A DNA stretch of 64,000 nucleotides from Escherichia phage a20: the sequence record OQ067374.1. One strand, 5' to 3'. Positions 10,923 through 21,748 of this stretch are shown piece by piece (positions within the stretch are counted from its first letter, which is position 1; each line of letters starts with the position of its first letter). The notes beneath the pieces were generated by a model. The model ran no database searches, was not told where the DNA came from, and saw nothing but the letters and a program-made list of their open reading frames with translations. The position numbers and the translations under genes were made by a program.

Positions 10923-12012
10923 CGTATGTTCGATTGAGCTCGCTAATTCTCAACCCGTTCTCTTATGAACTGCTGCATGTTACCATGCAGTCCAGACTAT
11001 ATCACAATCCCGGAGGGATTCTCCCCATTTCGAGTCGCTTGACCCTACGTCCGAAGACTAGTCGTTGAACCTTGTTTTGCAATTGTCGCCGTGCCATCGT
11101 TTATATGTTGATGGTGATAAATCTTTCTTATCACAATATGGACAATTCAATTGAATTCTATTTGGATTTAATTTACATCTGTCATTATGTTTTAGATAAA
11201 ATCCAGGACCTTTACCAATGTGACCACAAAAATCACATGTGATTTCTTTTTGTGCAGGATGGGTCCCGTTCTTAACCATTTCTAATGTTTTTGCTGATGT
11301 TCTTTTCTTATGGTCTTCTGATAAGAAATGATGTGAACCGTCATTTACCCGTTTTGATTGAGTTTCTGACTGCATTTTACCACCGCAAAATACATGAGTA
11401 CCTTCTTTTATAGCTGCAATATTGCGTTCTTTAACTTTTGCAATATGCTCAGCTTGTTGAAAATTATGTATACCTAATGCAACTCTATTTAAATTAGATT
11501 TACGCTGTATTTCACCATCTAAAAGATGAAATGTACCATTTTCTATCTTAGATTTAATAGAGGCAATATTTTTAGCTCGTACTTCAGGGATATTAAAAAT
11601 CTGGATTTCTCTAGATTTTGCGGCTTTAGAAGCTAATTCAGAAATTTCTTCAGGAGAATATTTCATTCTAAGCTTTATAGCATGACAAGCCTGGTAATCT
11701 TTTTGAGCTAAATGTATATCATAATGTTCCTGTATAGAAAGGCACATCAAATTATCTAAATCATTATTTTCACGGTTACCGTCTTTATGATGGATTTCGT
11801 ATGTTCTTCCATCAGAATCTTTAGGTATAGGTCCGTTAGCATCTATCCAAATTTTTCTATAGTTCAATTGTGCATCCTCTTAAAAGTATAATCATATTTA
11901 TATTATACTAATTAAAGGTGCAAGCAAAACCTTGGCTGCTAGTTTTCCTATAAAGGACTTTCCAGCAATTAAAGGAGTTTTCGATAAACGTTACCGTTTA
12001 AAGGCGCATTTT
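10923..12012 (-). mobile_element. group I intron in nrdB (1090 nt) carrying I-TevIII
   Basis: exon 1 ends on U, intron ends on G; boundaries set by frame restoration and conserved Cys. Confidence 0.7.
11058..11867 (-). CDS. I-TevIII: intron-encoded HNH homing endonuclease I-TevIII, full length
   Basis: 269 aa with Cys-rich zinc-finger C-terminus; TTG start after AAGAGGA SD; late-promoter-like TATAAATA at 11887..11894. Confidence 0.7.
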   Translation of the reverse strand: MNYRKIWIDANGPIPKDSDGRTYEIHHKDGNRENNDLDNLMCLSIQEHYDIHLAQKDYQACHAIKLRMKYSPEEISELASKAAKSREIQIFNIPEVRAKNIASIKSKIENGTFHLLDGEIQRKSNLNRVALGIHNFQQAEHIAKVKERNIAAIKEGTHVFCGGKMQSETQSKRVNDGSHHFLSEDHKKRTSAKTLEMVKNGTHPAQKEITCDFCGHIGKGPGFYLKHNDRCKLNPNRIQLNCPYCDKKDLSPSTYKRWHGDNCKTRFND

Positions 12013-12688
12013 ACGCAAAAGATACATAAAAACGAATAGCTTCTAAGGCATTAATAACGTGCAAACAGAGGTAAAGAGATTTCATTAAAGCACGTTTAGC
12101 TTCGGCTTCTTGTTTAATAGCTCGGTTTAAACGAAAGTCGGCATCAGGAGATTCTTTAGCTAATTCTACAAATTCTTTAGCATTTTCCCAATAACGAGTT
12201 TTAACCAGAACATCATCGTAATAGCGACCAATAGATTCAGCTCGTTTCATGATTGCTTCGTCTAATACAATCTCATCAAATACCTTAGATGGGTCCGTAT
12301 AAAGATTTCGCATAATATGAGTATACGAACGAGAGTGAATAGTTTCACTGAATGTCCATGTTGCAACCCACGTATCTAATGAAGGGTCGGAAATCAGTGC
12401 CATAAGTACCGCAGATGGGGCCCTGCCTTGGATAGAATCTAATAATGATTGATACTTAAGATTGTTTGTAAAGATGTCCTGTTGGAACTGAGGAAGCTTA
12501 TTGAACTGCGCAGAGTCCAACATCAAGTTTACCTCTTCTGGGCGCCAGAAAAACGACAATTGCTTTTCAATAAGTTCTTCAAAAACTTTATGTCGCTGAA
12601 TATCATAACGTGCGAGGCCAAGACCAGAACCAAAGAACATTGGTTCATTCAAAACATCGACTTGTTGTGTGTTAAAAACTGTACTCAT
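12013..12688 (-). CDS. nrdB: ribonucleotide reductase beta subunit, exon 1
   Basis: 225 codons of NrdB N-terminus ending ...RFYVSFA. Confidence 0.8.
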
Positions 12689-12727
12689 TATATTTTCTCA
12701 CTTAGTTATTAACTCATCCATGAGTAA

Positions 12728-12750
12728 ATTATAATCAAAAGTCTTAAAGC
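12728..12750 (-). promoter_or_regulatory. putative MotA-dependent middle promoter for nrdB
   Basis: minus strand GCTTTA-N11-TATAAT; Mot box overlaps nrdA stop. Confidence 0.4.
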
Positions 12751-15008
12751 TTACAAGCAGAACAATCTTCAGCTTTAGGTGTTTCTAATTCATAGTCATC
12801 TGTACCTGACCCATCACGAGTGTTATGATAGTAGAGGTTTTTTCCGCCAAAGTACCAGAAGTAAAGCAGATCGTCAAGCATTACTGACATTGGCACTTTA
12901 CCTTTCTCAAATACTGCAGGGTCATAGTAAGTATTAGCAGAAGCAGATTGGCACACCCATTTCAACATGATAGCAACTTGGGTCAAATAAGGTTTATTAC
13001 CTTTCTTAGCAAGTTTCCACGCATAATCGTAAAGACTCATGTTATGTTCGATATTAGGAACAACCTGACGGAAGTTGCCTTCTTTAGATTCTTTAATACT
13101 TACTGGACCACGTGGGGGCTCAATCCCGTTTGTAGAGTTTGATACTTGACTGCTTGACTCACAAGGCATGAGTGCAGACAACGTTGAGTTACGAATTCCA
13201 TGTTCTTTGAGTTCAGCTCGAAGTTCTTCCCAGTCACATACGTAGTTCGGGGCTGCGATTTGGTCAATCTTTTTATTGTACCAGTCGATAGGTAATTCGC
13301 CTCTAGACCATTTAGTGTCTGAATAATACTCGCAACATCCTTTTTCTTTGGCGAGTTTGATTGATGCTTTGATAAGGCCATATTGCAATCTCTCAAACAA
13401 TTCATGAGTCAAATCGTTAGCGTCTTCATATGAAGCAAAGTTAGAAGCTAACCATGCAGCATAGTTCGTAACACCAACACCAAGATTACGACGCTTTTTA
13501 GCTTTTAAAGCTTCTGGAACCGGATAATCCTGATAGTCTAACAGGTTATCAAGTGCACGTACTTGTACTTCAGCAAGTTCATTAATTTTATCTTGGTCTT
13601 GCCAATCAAATTTATCCAATACAAAAGCAGATAATGTGCATAAACCAATTTCAGCATCAGGACCATTCACATCATTAGTTGGAATAGCGATTTCACAACA
13701 TAAGTTACTCTGACGAATTGGAGCTTTTTCACGAATAAACGGAGTGTAGTTATTCGTGTTATCAACAAACTGTGGATAAATTCGAGCAGTACCAGAACGT
13801 TCAGTCATGAACAATTCAAAGAGTTCTAGTGCTTTGATTCTTTTCTTTCTGATTGTTGGGTCTTTTTCAGCTTTCTCATAAAGCTCACGGAATTTATCTT
13901 GATCTTCAAAGAATGAGTAATATAGTTCGCCTGACATTTCGTGAGGGCTAAATAAAGTAATATAATCATTTTTACCAAGGCGTTCCATCATAAGGTCATT
14001 AATCTGAATTCCGTAGTCCATATGTCGAATACGGTTTTCATCCACGCCTTTGTTATTTTTCAGAACTAATAGGTTCTCTACTTCTAAGTGCCACATCGGA
14101 TAATACGCTGTAGCAGCACCACCACGAATACCACCTTGAGAACAAGATTTTACTGCAGTTTGGAAATGTTTCCAGAATGGAATAACACCCGTATGTCGAA
14201 CTTCACCCATACCGATCTTAGAACCTTCTGCACGAAGCATACCAACGTTGATACCAATACCAGCTCGTTTAGAAATATATTCAATAATTGATGCTGAAGT
14301 TTTGTTAATAGATTTTAACGAATCACCGGCTTCAATAACTACACAACTAGAGAACTGGCGAGTCGGAGTACGAGCACCTGCCATAATTGGAGTAGGCAAT
14401 GAAACTTGATGAGTAGAAACGGCGTCATAAAAACGAATAATATGTTTCAAACGGTCATGAGTTTCGTCTTGGTGTAAGGCCATGCCAATAGCCATGATAG
14501 CAAACTGTGGAGTTTCATAAATCTTCCCGGTTGTTTTATCTTTAACTAGATATTTTTCTTTAAGCTGCATAGCACCAGCATAAGTCAGGTCAAAGTCTCG
14601 TTCATGTTTAATCTGTGAATCGAGATAAATGATTTCTTCTGCTGAATATTGAGACAACAGCTCAGGGTCATATTTGCCTTCATTAACACAATAAGAAATA
14701 TGGTCGATAAAAGCAGGCGGTTCAAACTGCCCATATACATCTTTACGAAGTGCAAACATTAGCCCTTTGGCGGCGACATACTGATAATCAGGTTCTTCGA
14801 CAGAAATCGAGTTAGCTGCAACTTTAATACAAATCTTCTGGATATCTTTGGTGCTCATCCCATCGACAAGATGGGTCTTAATTTCTTCGTACAATTCATA
14901 TGGGTCAATTTGTGTTCCTTCACATTGCCAAGTTAAGACTTGAATAATTTTCTGTGCATCAAAATTTTGGGATACACCTGAATTTTTCACTACTTTAAAA
15001 TTATACAT
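12744..15008 (-). CDS. nrdA: ribonucleotide reductase alpha subunit
   Basis: 754 aa, class Ia RNR large subunit; same length as T4 NrdA. Confidence 0.92.
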   Translation of the reverse strand: MYNFKVVKNSGVSQNFDAQKIIQVLTWQCEGTQIDPYELYEEIKTHLVDGMSTKDIQKICIKVAANSISVEEPDYQYVAAKGLMFALRKDVYGQFEPPAFIDHISYCVNEGKYDPELLSQYSAEEIIYLDSQIKHERDFDLTYAGAMQLKEKYLVKDKTTGKIYETPQFAIMAIGMALHQDETHDRLKHIIRFYDAVSTHQVSLPTPIMAGARTPTRQFSSCVVIEAGDSLKSINKTSASIIEYISKRAGIGINVGMLRAEGSKIGMGEVRHTGVIPFWKHFQTAVKSCSQGGIRGGAATAYYPMWHLEVENLLVLKNNKGVDENRIRHMDYGIQINDLMMERLGKNDYITLFSPHEMSGELYYSFFEDQDKFRELYEKAEKDPTIRKKRIKALELFELFMTERSGTARIYPQFVDNTNNYTPFIREKAPIRQSNLCCEIAIPTNDVNGPDAEIGLCTLSAFVLDKFDWQDQDKINELAEVQVRALDNLLDYQDYPVPEALKAKKRRNLGVGVTNYAAWLASNFASYEDANDLTHELFERLQYGLIKASIKLAKEKGCCEYYSDTKWSRGELPIDWYNKKIDQIAAPNYVCDWEELRAELKEHGIRNSTLSALMPCESSSQVSNSTNGIEPPRGPVSIKESKEGNFRQVVPNIEHNMSLYDYAWKLAKKGNKPYLTQVAIMLKWVCQSASANTYYDPAVFEKGKVPMSVMLDDLLYFWYFGGKNLYYHNTRDGSGTDDYELETPKAEDCSACKL

Positions 15009-15636
15009 AATAATTCCATGTTGGATAATTTGATGATTTTAGACGGCGTCTAACCGTTTGGGTGCTCATAGATAAAATTATTGACGCTTCATTTAATGTA
15101 TCATATATTACGTCGTTTATAATTACTTTCTTTGCAAATGGATTCTTAGCTCCTATCATAGCATTAGAAATAGCTTGCTTAGTTGATTCTTTTAATGGGA
15201 CTCCTTTAGAAATTTTTGATTTAATTTTTATATTGTATTGTCCACGTTTTTTACCTAATAAAGAATTTCGTATCTTTTCTTTAGTCTCTTCAGATTTAAC
15301 ATGTCCTAGTTTGGAACGAGATATTTTATCTTTTGTTTTTTGGTCTAATTTTCGCCCTTTAAGCAAATCAACCATTTTTGCTCTAGTCCATCCAAATTCT
15401 TTATTATTTCTAGAACTCATTAAATTAACCGCGGTTGCTAAACCTAAATTGTTCGGATATATTTTTAATAAAAGAAGATGAGCCAAATAATGTTCTGAAT
15501 ATGTTAATTTAACTAGATTGTATGACTCATTGGTGCCACCTAAACATTTTGGGATTATATGATGCCATTCACCATCTATATCTTCAAAATTTCTTTCTTT
15601 ATTTACCAAGTTTTTATATATTTTTAAATAATCCAT
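15001..15636 (-). CDS. free-standing HNH homing endonuclease (Mob-like); start moved to ATG 15636
   Basis: HNH motif WHHIIPKCLGGTNESYNLVKLTYSEHYLAH plus NUMOD-like repeats; stop overlaps nrdA start. Confidence 0.7.
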   Translation of the reverse strand: MDYLKIYKNLVNKERNFEDIDGEWHHIIPKCLGGTNESYNLVKLTYSEHYLAHLLLLKIYPNNLGLATAVNLMSSRNNKEFGWTRAKMVDLLKGRKLDQKTKDKISRSKLGHVKSEETKEKIRNSLLGKKRGQYNIKIKSKISKGVPLKESTKQAISNAMIGAKNPFAKKVIINDVIYDTLNEASIILSMSTQTVRRRLKSSNYPTWNYYV

Positions 15637-15687
15637 AGTATAATCCACTTTGTAGTATCAACGGGATAGTATTTATCCCGTTAATTT

Positions 15688-15710
15688 ATTATACACTTTT
15701 AAACTGAAGC
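15688..15710 (-). promoter_or_regulatory. putative middle promoter upstream of HNH gene
   Basis: GCTTCA-N11-TATAAT on minus strand, followed by hairpin AACGGGATA...TATCCCGTT in the leader. Confidence 0.35.
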
Positions 15711-15711
15711 G

Positions 15712-15966
15712 TTAATTATCCTCAGCAATAATTTCTTTATATTCTTTAGGAGTCAAGACTGTGATATTGAAATAAACCAACGGTTCTTTTTCTATACCGA
15801 ATCCACCACAGAATTCACGATATTCATAAATTCGTTCATGTGAATAACAAATGAATCGTTCACCTTTAACTGTGATTTCACTATTCGGTGAAGGGATATC
15901 TAGTTCGGTAGGATTTTTCATTTCAAAAATTGTGGTGCCATATGAATTAATAAAACGTAAAATCAT
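15712..15966 (-). CDS. hypothetical protein (nrdA.x position)
   Basis: 84-aa ORF, ATG start right after td stop. Confidence 0.5.
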   Translation of the reverse strand: MILRFINSYGTTIFEMKNPTELDIPSPNSEITVKGERFICYSHERIYEYREFCGGFGIEKEPLVYFNITVLTPKEYKEIIAEDN

Positions 15967-16278
15967 TTATACCGCCATTTTAGCTTTGATAGTTGGATGA
16001 GATTCATAATTTTTAAGAACGAAATCAGAATGTGTCATCGTTCCAGTAACCCAGTCCATTTGGATTTTTGTAGGCCAATTCTCAAAATTACTAGGCCAAT
16101 TAATTTCAAGAGAACACAACTCTTTAGGTTCACGACGAAGAACTTCTTTGCATTGTTCTACATGATTGCTGTAGATATGCGTGTTGCCGCCTGAGAACAC
16201 TAAATCACCTGGGATAAGGTTACACATCTTCGCTACAATATGCGTCAAGGCAGCGTACGAGGCAATGTTGAACGGTAG
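15967..16278 (-). CDS. td: thymidylate synthase, exon 2
   Basis: begins LPFNIASYA...; joined with exon 1 gives 286 aa as in T4. Confidence 0.9.
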   Translation of the reverse strand, partial: LPFNIASYAALTHIVAKMCNLIPGDLVFSGGNTHIYSNHVEQCKEVLRREPKELCSLEINWPSNFENWPTKIQMDWVTGTMTHSDFVLKNYESHPTIKAKMAV

Positions 16279-17294
16279 CATTATGTTCAGATAAGGTCGT
16301 TAATCTTATCCCGGAATTATATCCAGCTGCATGTCACCATGCAGAGCAGACTATATCTCCAACTTGTTAAAGCAAGTTGTCTATCGTTTCGAGTCACTTG
16401 ACCCTACTCCCTAAAGGGATAGTCGTTAGGCATTTATGTAGAACCAATTCCACTTATCAGATTTTACACGGTAAGTAACTAATCCTGATGAAATTTCAAA
16501 ATGTCTAGCCGCATCGGCTGCACATTCAAAAATAATCCCATCGCATGAAATCTTTTTGATGTTAGCTGGCTTTTTGCCTTTCATCTTTTCAGATAGTTTA
16601 GTTTTAGTTTTTTCTGAATGTTTGTGATTAAAGAACGGGTTATTTTCACCTGAACGTTTTCGGCACTTTCCACAAGTATCGGCCGAAGATGGTATGCGAA
16701 CACCGCATTTACAAAACTTGTGGTTTTCTGGATTCCATCGGCCATTTTTACTTCCGTGTTTACCATAAAGAGCTTTCCGACCATCAGGACCAAGCTTAAG
16801 CATCTTAGCTTTAACAGTTTCAGCTCGTTTCTTAGCAATTTCTTCTTTTAATGGATGATTTGAAAGCACATCACCAAAAGACGCATCAGCAATATTATAT
16901 CCATTAATTTTAGAATTTAGCTCTTTAATCCAAAAATTTTCTCGTTCAATAATCAAATCTTTCTCATATGGAATTTCTTCCAGTACAGAGCATTCAAAAA
17001 CATTACCATGTTTATTAAAAGACCTTTGAAATTTTATAGAAGAGTGAACACCGTTTTCAAGGTCTTTAAAATGTCTCTTCCATCTTTTCTCAAAATCTTT
17101 AGCACTTCCAACATACACTTTACCGTTTAAAGTGTTTTTAATCTGATAAATTCCGCTTTTCATAAACACCTCTTTTTATATAGAAGTATTTATTAAAGGG
17201 TAGTCCTACAATTTAGCACGGGATTGTCTACTAGAGAGGTCCCCCGTTTAGATAGATTACAAGTATAAGTCACCTTATACCTAGGCCTAAATTA
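16279..17294 (-). mobile_element. group I intron in td (1016 nt) carrying I-TevI
   Basis: 5' end reads UAAUUUAGGCCUAGGUAUAAGGUGACUUAUACUUG..., 3' end ...CAUAAUG; matches T4 td intron length and remembered sequence. Confidence 0.9.
16426..17163 (-). CDS. I-TevI: intron-encoded GIY-YIG homing endonuclease I-TevI
   Basis: 245 aa from ATG 17163; MKSGIYQIKNTLNGKVYVGSAKDFEKRWKRH... near-identical to T4 I-TevI. Confidence 0.92.
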   Translation of the reverse strand: MKSGIYQIKNTLNGKVYVGSAKDFEKRWKRHFKDLENGVHSSIKFQRSFNKHGNVFECSVLEEIPYEKDLIIERENFWIKELNSKINGYNIADASFGDVLSNHPLKEEIAKKRAETVKAKMLKLGPDGRKALYGKHGSKNGRWNPENHKFCKCGVRIPSSADTCGKCRKRSGENNPFFNHKHSEKTKTKLSEKMKGKKPANIKKISCDGIIFECAADAARHFEISSGLVTYRVKSDKWNWFYINA

Positions 17295-18666
<1,372 letters not shown>

Positions 18667-18675
18667 TGTATTTTC

Positions 18676-18918
18676 TCAAACAGACTTTTTCACAATTTTC
18701 CAATCAGCTTTAAATTGGTCGACATCCGAGTGATAAATCCAGAATCCGGATGATATACCATCTTCGTAGAGTGGACATCCATCACATTCTTCGTTCCAAC
18801 CCATTTCACGTAAAGCTTCTTCGGCTTGTTCAAGGAGTTCAACATCTTTACCAACGATGTTGAAGTACCATTTACCTCTAACTTCAGAATCTTTGATACT
18901 CTGGCGTTGCAATCTCAT
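18676..18918 (-). CDS. hypothetical protein (frd.x); start moved to ATG 18918
   Basis: AAGGAG SD 8 nt upstream of ATG. Confidence 0.5.
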   Translation of the reverse strand: MRLQRQSIKDSEVRGKWYFNIVGKDVELLEQAEEALREMGWNEECDGCPLYEDGISSGFWIYHSDVDQFKADWKIVKKSV

Positions 18919-18948
18919 TTTATTCTCCTTCACTTTTATTTGATAGGG

Positions 18949-18982
18949 CTACTATAACATAACCCTATCTGATTGTACACTA
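18949..18982 (-). promoter_or_regulatory. early promoter, PeSL-like
   Basis: GTGTAC ... TTATAGTAG with inverted repeat GATAGGG/CCCTATC. Confidence 0.5.
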
Positions 18983-19372
18983 CTTTTTAAAAGTTTTTTG
19001 CAAAAGATTGATGATTTCGTCGACGTTGGTTTCATCTACGATACAATGGATTTTTGTTACACCTAAAGCTATACCTTCGTTAGTAGTTTGAGACTTTACT
19101 AAATCTACCTCAGTAAAGTATTTGAACTCGTCAGGATAAATCTCAAAATAAGTTTCAATTTCACCACCGGCAGAACATACAGTACCGTCTTCCATAGTTA
19201 CACTTACTACGTTTGACGTATCGCTATCATAATCAGGTTCCATTCCGTTTACAACAAAACTAGGCCCGTGGAGTTCAATCAATTTTAACATCTTAGCGTT
19301 ATTGTGTGGTGCTTCTTGAACAAAGTCGTCTTTAAATAAAGGGTTAATGATATAAGATTTTCCGATTTCCAT
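18980..19372 (-). CDS. hypothetical protein (frd.x/32.1 position)
   Basis: 130-aa ORF. Confidence 0.5.
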   Translation of the reverse strand: MEIGKSYIINPLFKDDFVQEAPHNNAKMLKLIELHGPSFVVNGMEPDYDSDTSNVVSVTMEDGTVCSAGGEIETYFEIYPDEFKYFTEVDLVKSQTTNEGIALGVTKIHCIVDETNVDEIINLLQKTFKK

Positions 19373-19397
19373 TTTGATTTCCTCATGTTGTTGATAG

Positions 19398-19432
19398 GTC
19401 TATACTAACACATCCAGGGAAGAAGTAAACAA
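19398..19432 (-). promoter_or_regulatory. early promoter, PeSL-like
   Basis: GTTTAC ... TAGTATAGAC. Confidence 0.5.
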
Positions 19433-19461
19433 CTTTTTCGGCAATTTACAGATACTCAAAA

Positions 19462-19479
19462 GGGAGACCGAAGTCTCCC
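19462..19479 (-). terminator. UUCG-tetraloop hairpin after gene 32
   Basis: gggagaccgaagtctccc followed by UUUUG on minus RNA. Confidence 0.55.
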
Positions 19480-19485
19480 AATTTA

Positions 19486-20388
19486 TTATAGACCAGCTAA
19501 CAGGTCATCGAGGTCGCCATCATCAGAGGATGAGGTAGAGCTCATGAAGTCATCTTCAGTTTTTGCAGAACTAAAGGCTTCCATGTCTTTATCAAAATCG
19601 TCAAGGTCAGAAGCAACTTTATCTGCAACAGAAGCTGCTGCGGCTGCTGCACCACCAAGAGCGGCAGTACCAAGAACCTTAGCGAAAGATTCATTTAATT
19701 TTTCAAAGGATTTGAACTGGTCTTTAGCCGTCAAAGTAGTAAGGTCTACCATCTGGTCATATAGTTCTTTCTGGAATGCTTCGTCATTAATACGAGGAAT
19801 TTCAGATTGACCCAAGAATTTAGATTCGTCATAGTTGCTAAAACCTGAAACCTGCTTAGCTTTCAGAACGAAGTTAGCACCTTCAAACGGACAAGTAACA
19901 TCAACTGGAGTTTCACCCATTTCAGTATCAACAGCAATCATTGCATTGATTTTGTCCCAAATCTTTTTACCGAAACGATATTTAAATACTTTACCTTCGT
20001 TATCTGGAGCTTGAGGGTCTTTAACAACCAGAATATTAGCCCAATAAGAAGTTTTACGTTTCAGTTGAGAATATTCATTTTTATTGGTATTGTACAGGTC
20101 GTTTTTACTAATGTACTGACATACAGGACAAGAGTCGTAATCACCGTGTGTAGAAGAGCAATTTTCAATATACCATTTACCATTTTTCTTGAACCCGTGG
20201 TTAACAAGAATTGCAAATGGTAGTGCATCATCAGTTTTTGCTGGCAAGAAACGAATTACCGCTTGACCATTACCTGATGCATCTAGCTTCAGCTTCCATT
20301 CGCCTTTATCTTCTGAAGAGAAACCTTTGTTACCGTTCAGTTTAGCCATTTGAGCAGCGAGGTCAGCAGTAGATTTACGTTTAAACAT
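19486..20388 (-). CDS. 32: single-stranded DNA-binding protein gp32
   Basis: 300 aa; near-identical to T4 gp32 including acidic C-terminus. Confidence 0.95.
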   Translation of the reverse strand: MFKRKSTADLAAQMAKLNGNKGFSSEDKGEWKLKLDASGNGQAVIRFLPAKTDDALPFAILVNHGFKKNGKWYIENCSSTHGDYDSCPVCQYISKNDLYNTNKNEYSQLKRKTSYWANILVVKDPQAPDNEGKVFKYRFGKKIWDKINAMIAVDTEMGETPVDVTCPFEGANFVLKAKQVSGFSNYDESKFLGQSEIPRINDEAFQKELYDQMVDLTTLTAKDQFKSFEKLNESFAKVLGTAALGGAAAAAASVADKVASDLDDFDKDMEAFSSAKTEDDFMSSTSSSDDGDLDDLLAGL

Positions 20389-20468
20389 TATATTTACCTT
20401 TTATTTAGATTATTTAATTTATTTACAGTTGGTTGCTACGACACTTATACCTCGTAGCTGGTATGATT
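20389..20468 (-). promoter_or_regulatory. gene 32 leader: candidate translational operator with hairpin
   Basis: GCUACGAGG...CGUAGC stem followed by AU-rich UAAAUAAAUUAAAUAA tract before the SD. Confidence 0.5.
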
Positions 20469-20476
20469 TATTTATA
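20469..20476 (-). promoter_or_regulatory. late promoter TATAAATA upstream of gene 32
   Basis: exact TATAAATA on minus strand. Confidence 0.45.
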
Positions 20477-20505
20477 AAGTAATTTTAACACACAAGAAAT
20501 AAAGC

Positions 20506-21159
20506 TTAATACTTACATGATTTGATTGTTTCTATGAACAATTTCTTAGCAGCATTTCCATCGATTTGAAGTATTTTTCGATATGCCTTTAATTTGGTAG
20601 AATAATTTTGCCAAACTAAGTTATCGGTGAGTTCGTCGTGCTTATCTATAATATTCAAAAACGAGTCCAACAATAAGAAAGTTTCAAATGAAATTATATT
20701 GCTTTGTAGCAATTTAAATATGTAGCTCGACTGAACGTTGTTATTATAATCAAATATCTCTTGAAGCGCACTAACTTCAACTTTCTTACTGAAATAGTAG
20801 ATGTTACGTACGTCTTCAGCAAACGACTCTTTAGCTTGTTTGAGACGTCCAATATATTCCCTATAGAAAACTAATGCATCAGCGTCCGATATCTCACCAA
20901 TCCATGCGTCTTGGTTAGCAACTAAGTTGCTTATGAATATCAAGGTGAGTTCCTTCAATTTATATTTCTCTGCTAGTTTTTCAAAGAAATATTTATCTCG
21001 GCGTTTTTGATACGCATTATCCGAAACACGCATGCACCAGTTATATTTGATTACATCATACCGACCACCAAAGTGGTTTTTGCACATCAAGTATAGTTTA
21101 TATACTGATTTACCGTTAATATAACGTTCTCCGTCAGGAGGCATGCGTATTTTAATCAT
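20506..21159 (-). CDS. 59: gp59 helicase loader
   Basis: 217 aa; T4 gp59 length and position. Confidence 0.85.
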   Translation of the reverse strand: MIKIRMPPDGERYINGKSVYKLYLMCKNHFGGRYDVIKYNWCMRVSDNAYQKRRDKYFFEKLAEKYKLKELTLIFISNLVANQDAWIGEISDADALVFYREYIGRLKQAKESFAEDVRNIYYFSKKVEVSALQEIFDYNNNVQSSYIFKLLQSNIISFETFLLLDSFLNIIDKHDELTDNLVWQNYSTKLKAYRKILQIDGNAAKKLFIETIKSCKY

Positions 21160-21494
21160 AATAAGAAATCTAACGTATTAGTTTTTTCACCACGAGCAAC
21201 TGATGGGCGAAGCATGTTTTCGTCAATTGCTTCGCTTGTAATTTTTTCAACAATTCCTGTAGGAATAAATTTAGCAAATTGTGTTTCTGGAATAGAATTT
21301 TCTTCCAAGAAAGCAGTTGTTGCTTCTAAATAAGACATACCAAATTGTTCAACCATAGATTCGATAATGAATCCGTTTTCTTGGCGGTCAAGCAATTTAG
21401 CGATATCATCTTTATCGTGTTTTACTGCTAATTCTTGTTCAGACAAACCGGCCTCATCAACCGGTTTAATATCACTTAGTGAAAACTGTGTCAT
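21156..21494 (-). CDS. 33: gp33 late-transcription co-activator
   Basis: 112 aa; T4 gp33 length and position. Confidence 0.85.
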   Translation of the reverse strand: MTQFSLSDIKPVDEAGLSEQELAVKHDKDDIAKLLDRQENGFIIESMVEQFGMSYLEATTAFLEENSIPETQFAKFIPTGIVEKITSEAIDENMLRPSVARGEKTNTLDFLL

Positions 21495-21741
21495 AAAGCT
21501 CGACTACCTCTTCGTTTTCAGCTTCAAATTGGTCACGAGCGTCTTTATGATAAAGAGCTAACAAACGATTAAACATTTTTCCATCAACGCCAAGCTCTTC
21601 TTTAGCACGAGTACGAATGTCTTTAATCAGTTCATTATAACCAGAAATTTTAAGTTTGTTATCGGAAGCTTCCTTGACTAGTTTAGCCAGTTCTTCACCA
21701 TGCACATCTTGATTAAATTCAACTGCTTCTTTCTTAGCCAT
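21472..21741 (-). CDS. dsbA: DsbA dsDNA-binding protein; start at ATG 21741
   Basis: 89 aa from MAKKEAVEF... matching T4 DsbA. Confidence 0.8.
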   Translation of the reverse strand: MAKKEAVEFNQDVHGEELAKLVKEASDNKLKISGYNELIKDIRTRAKEELGVDGKMFNRLLALYHKDARDQFEAENEEVVELYDTVFTK

Positions 21742-21748
21742 GTTTACC

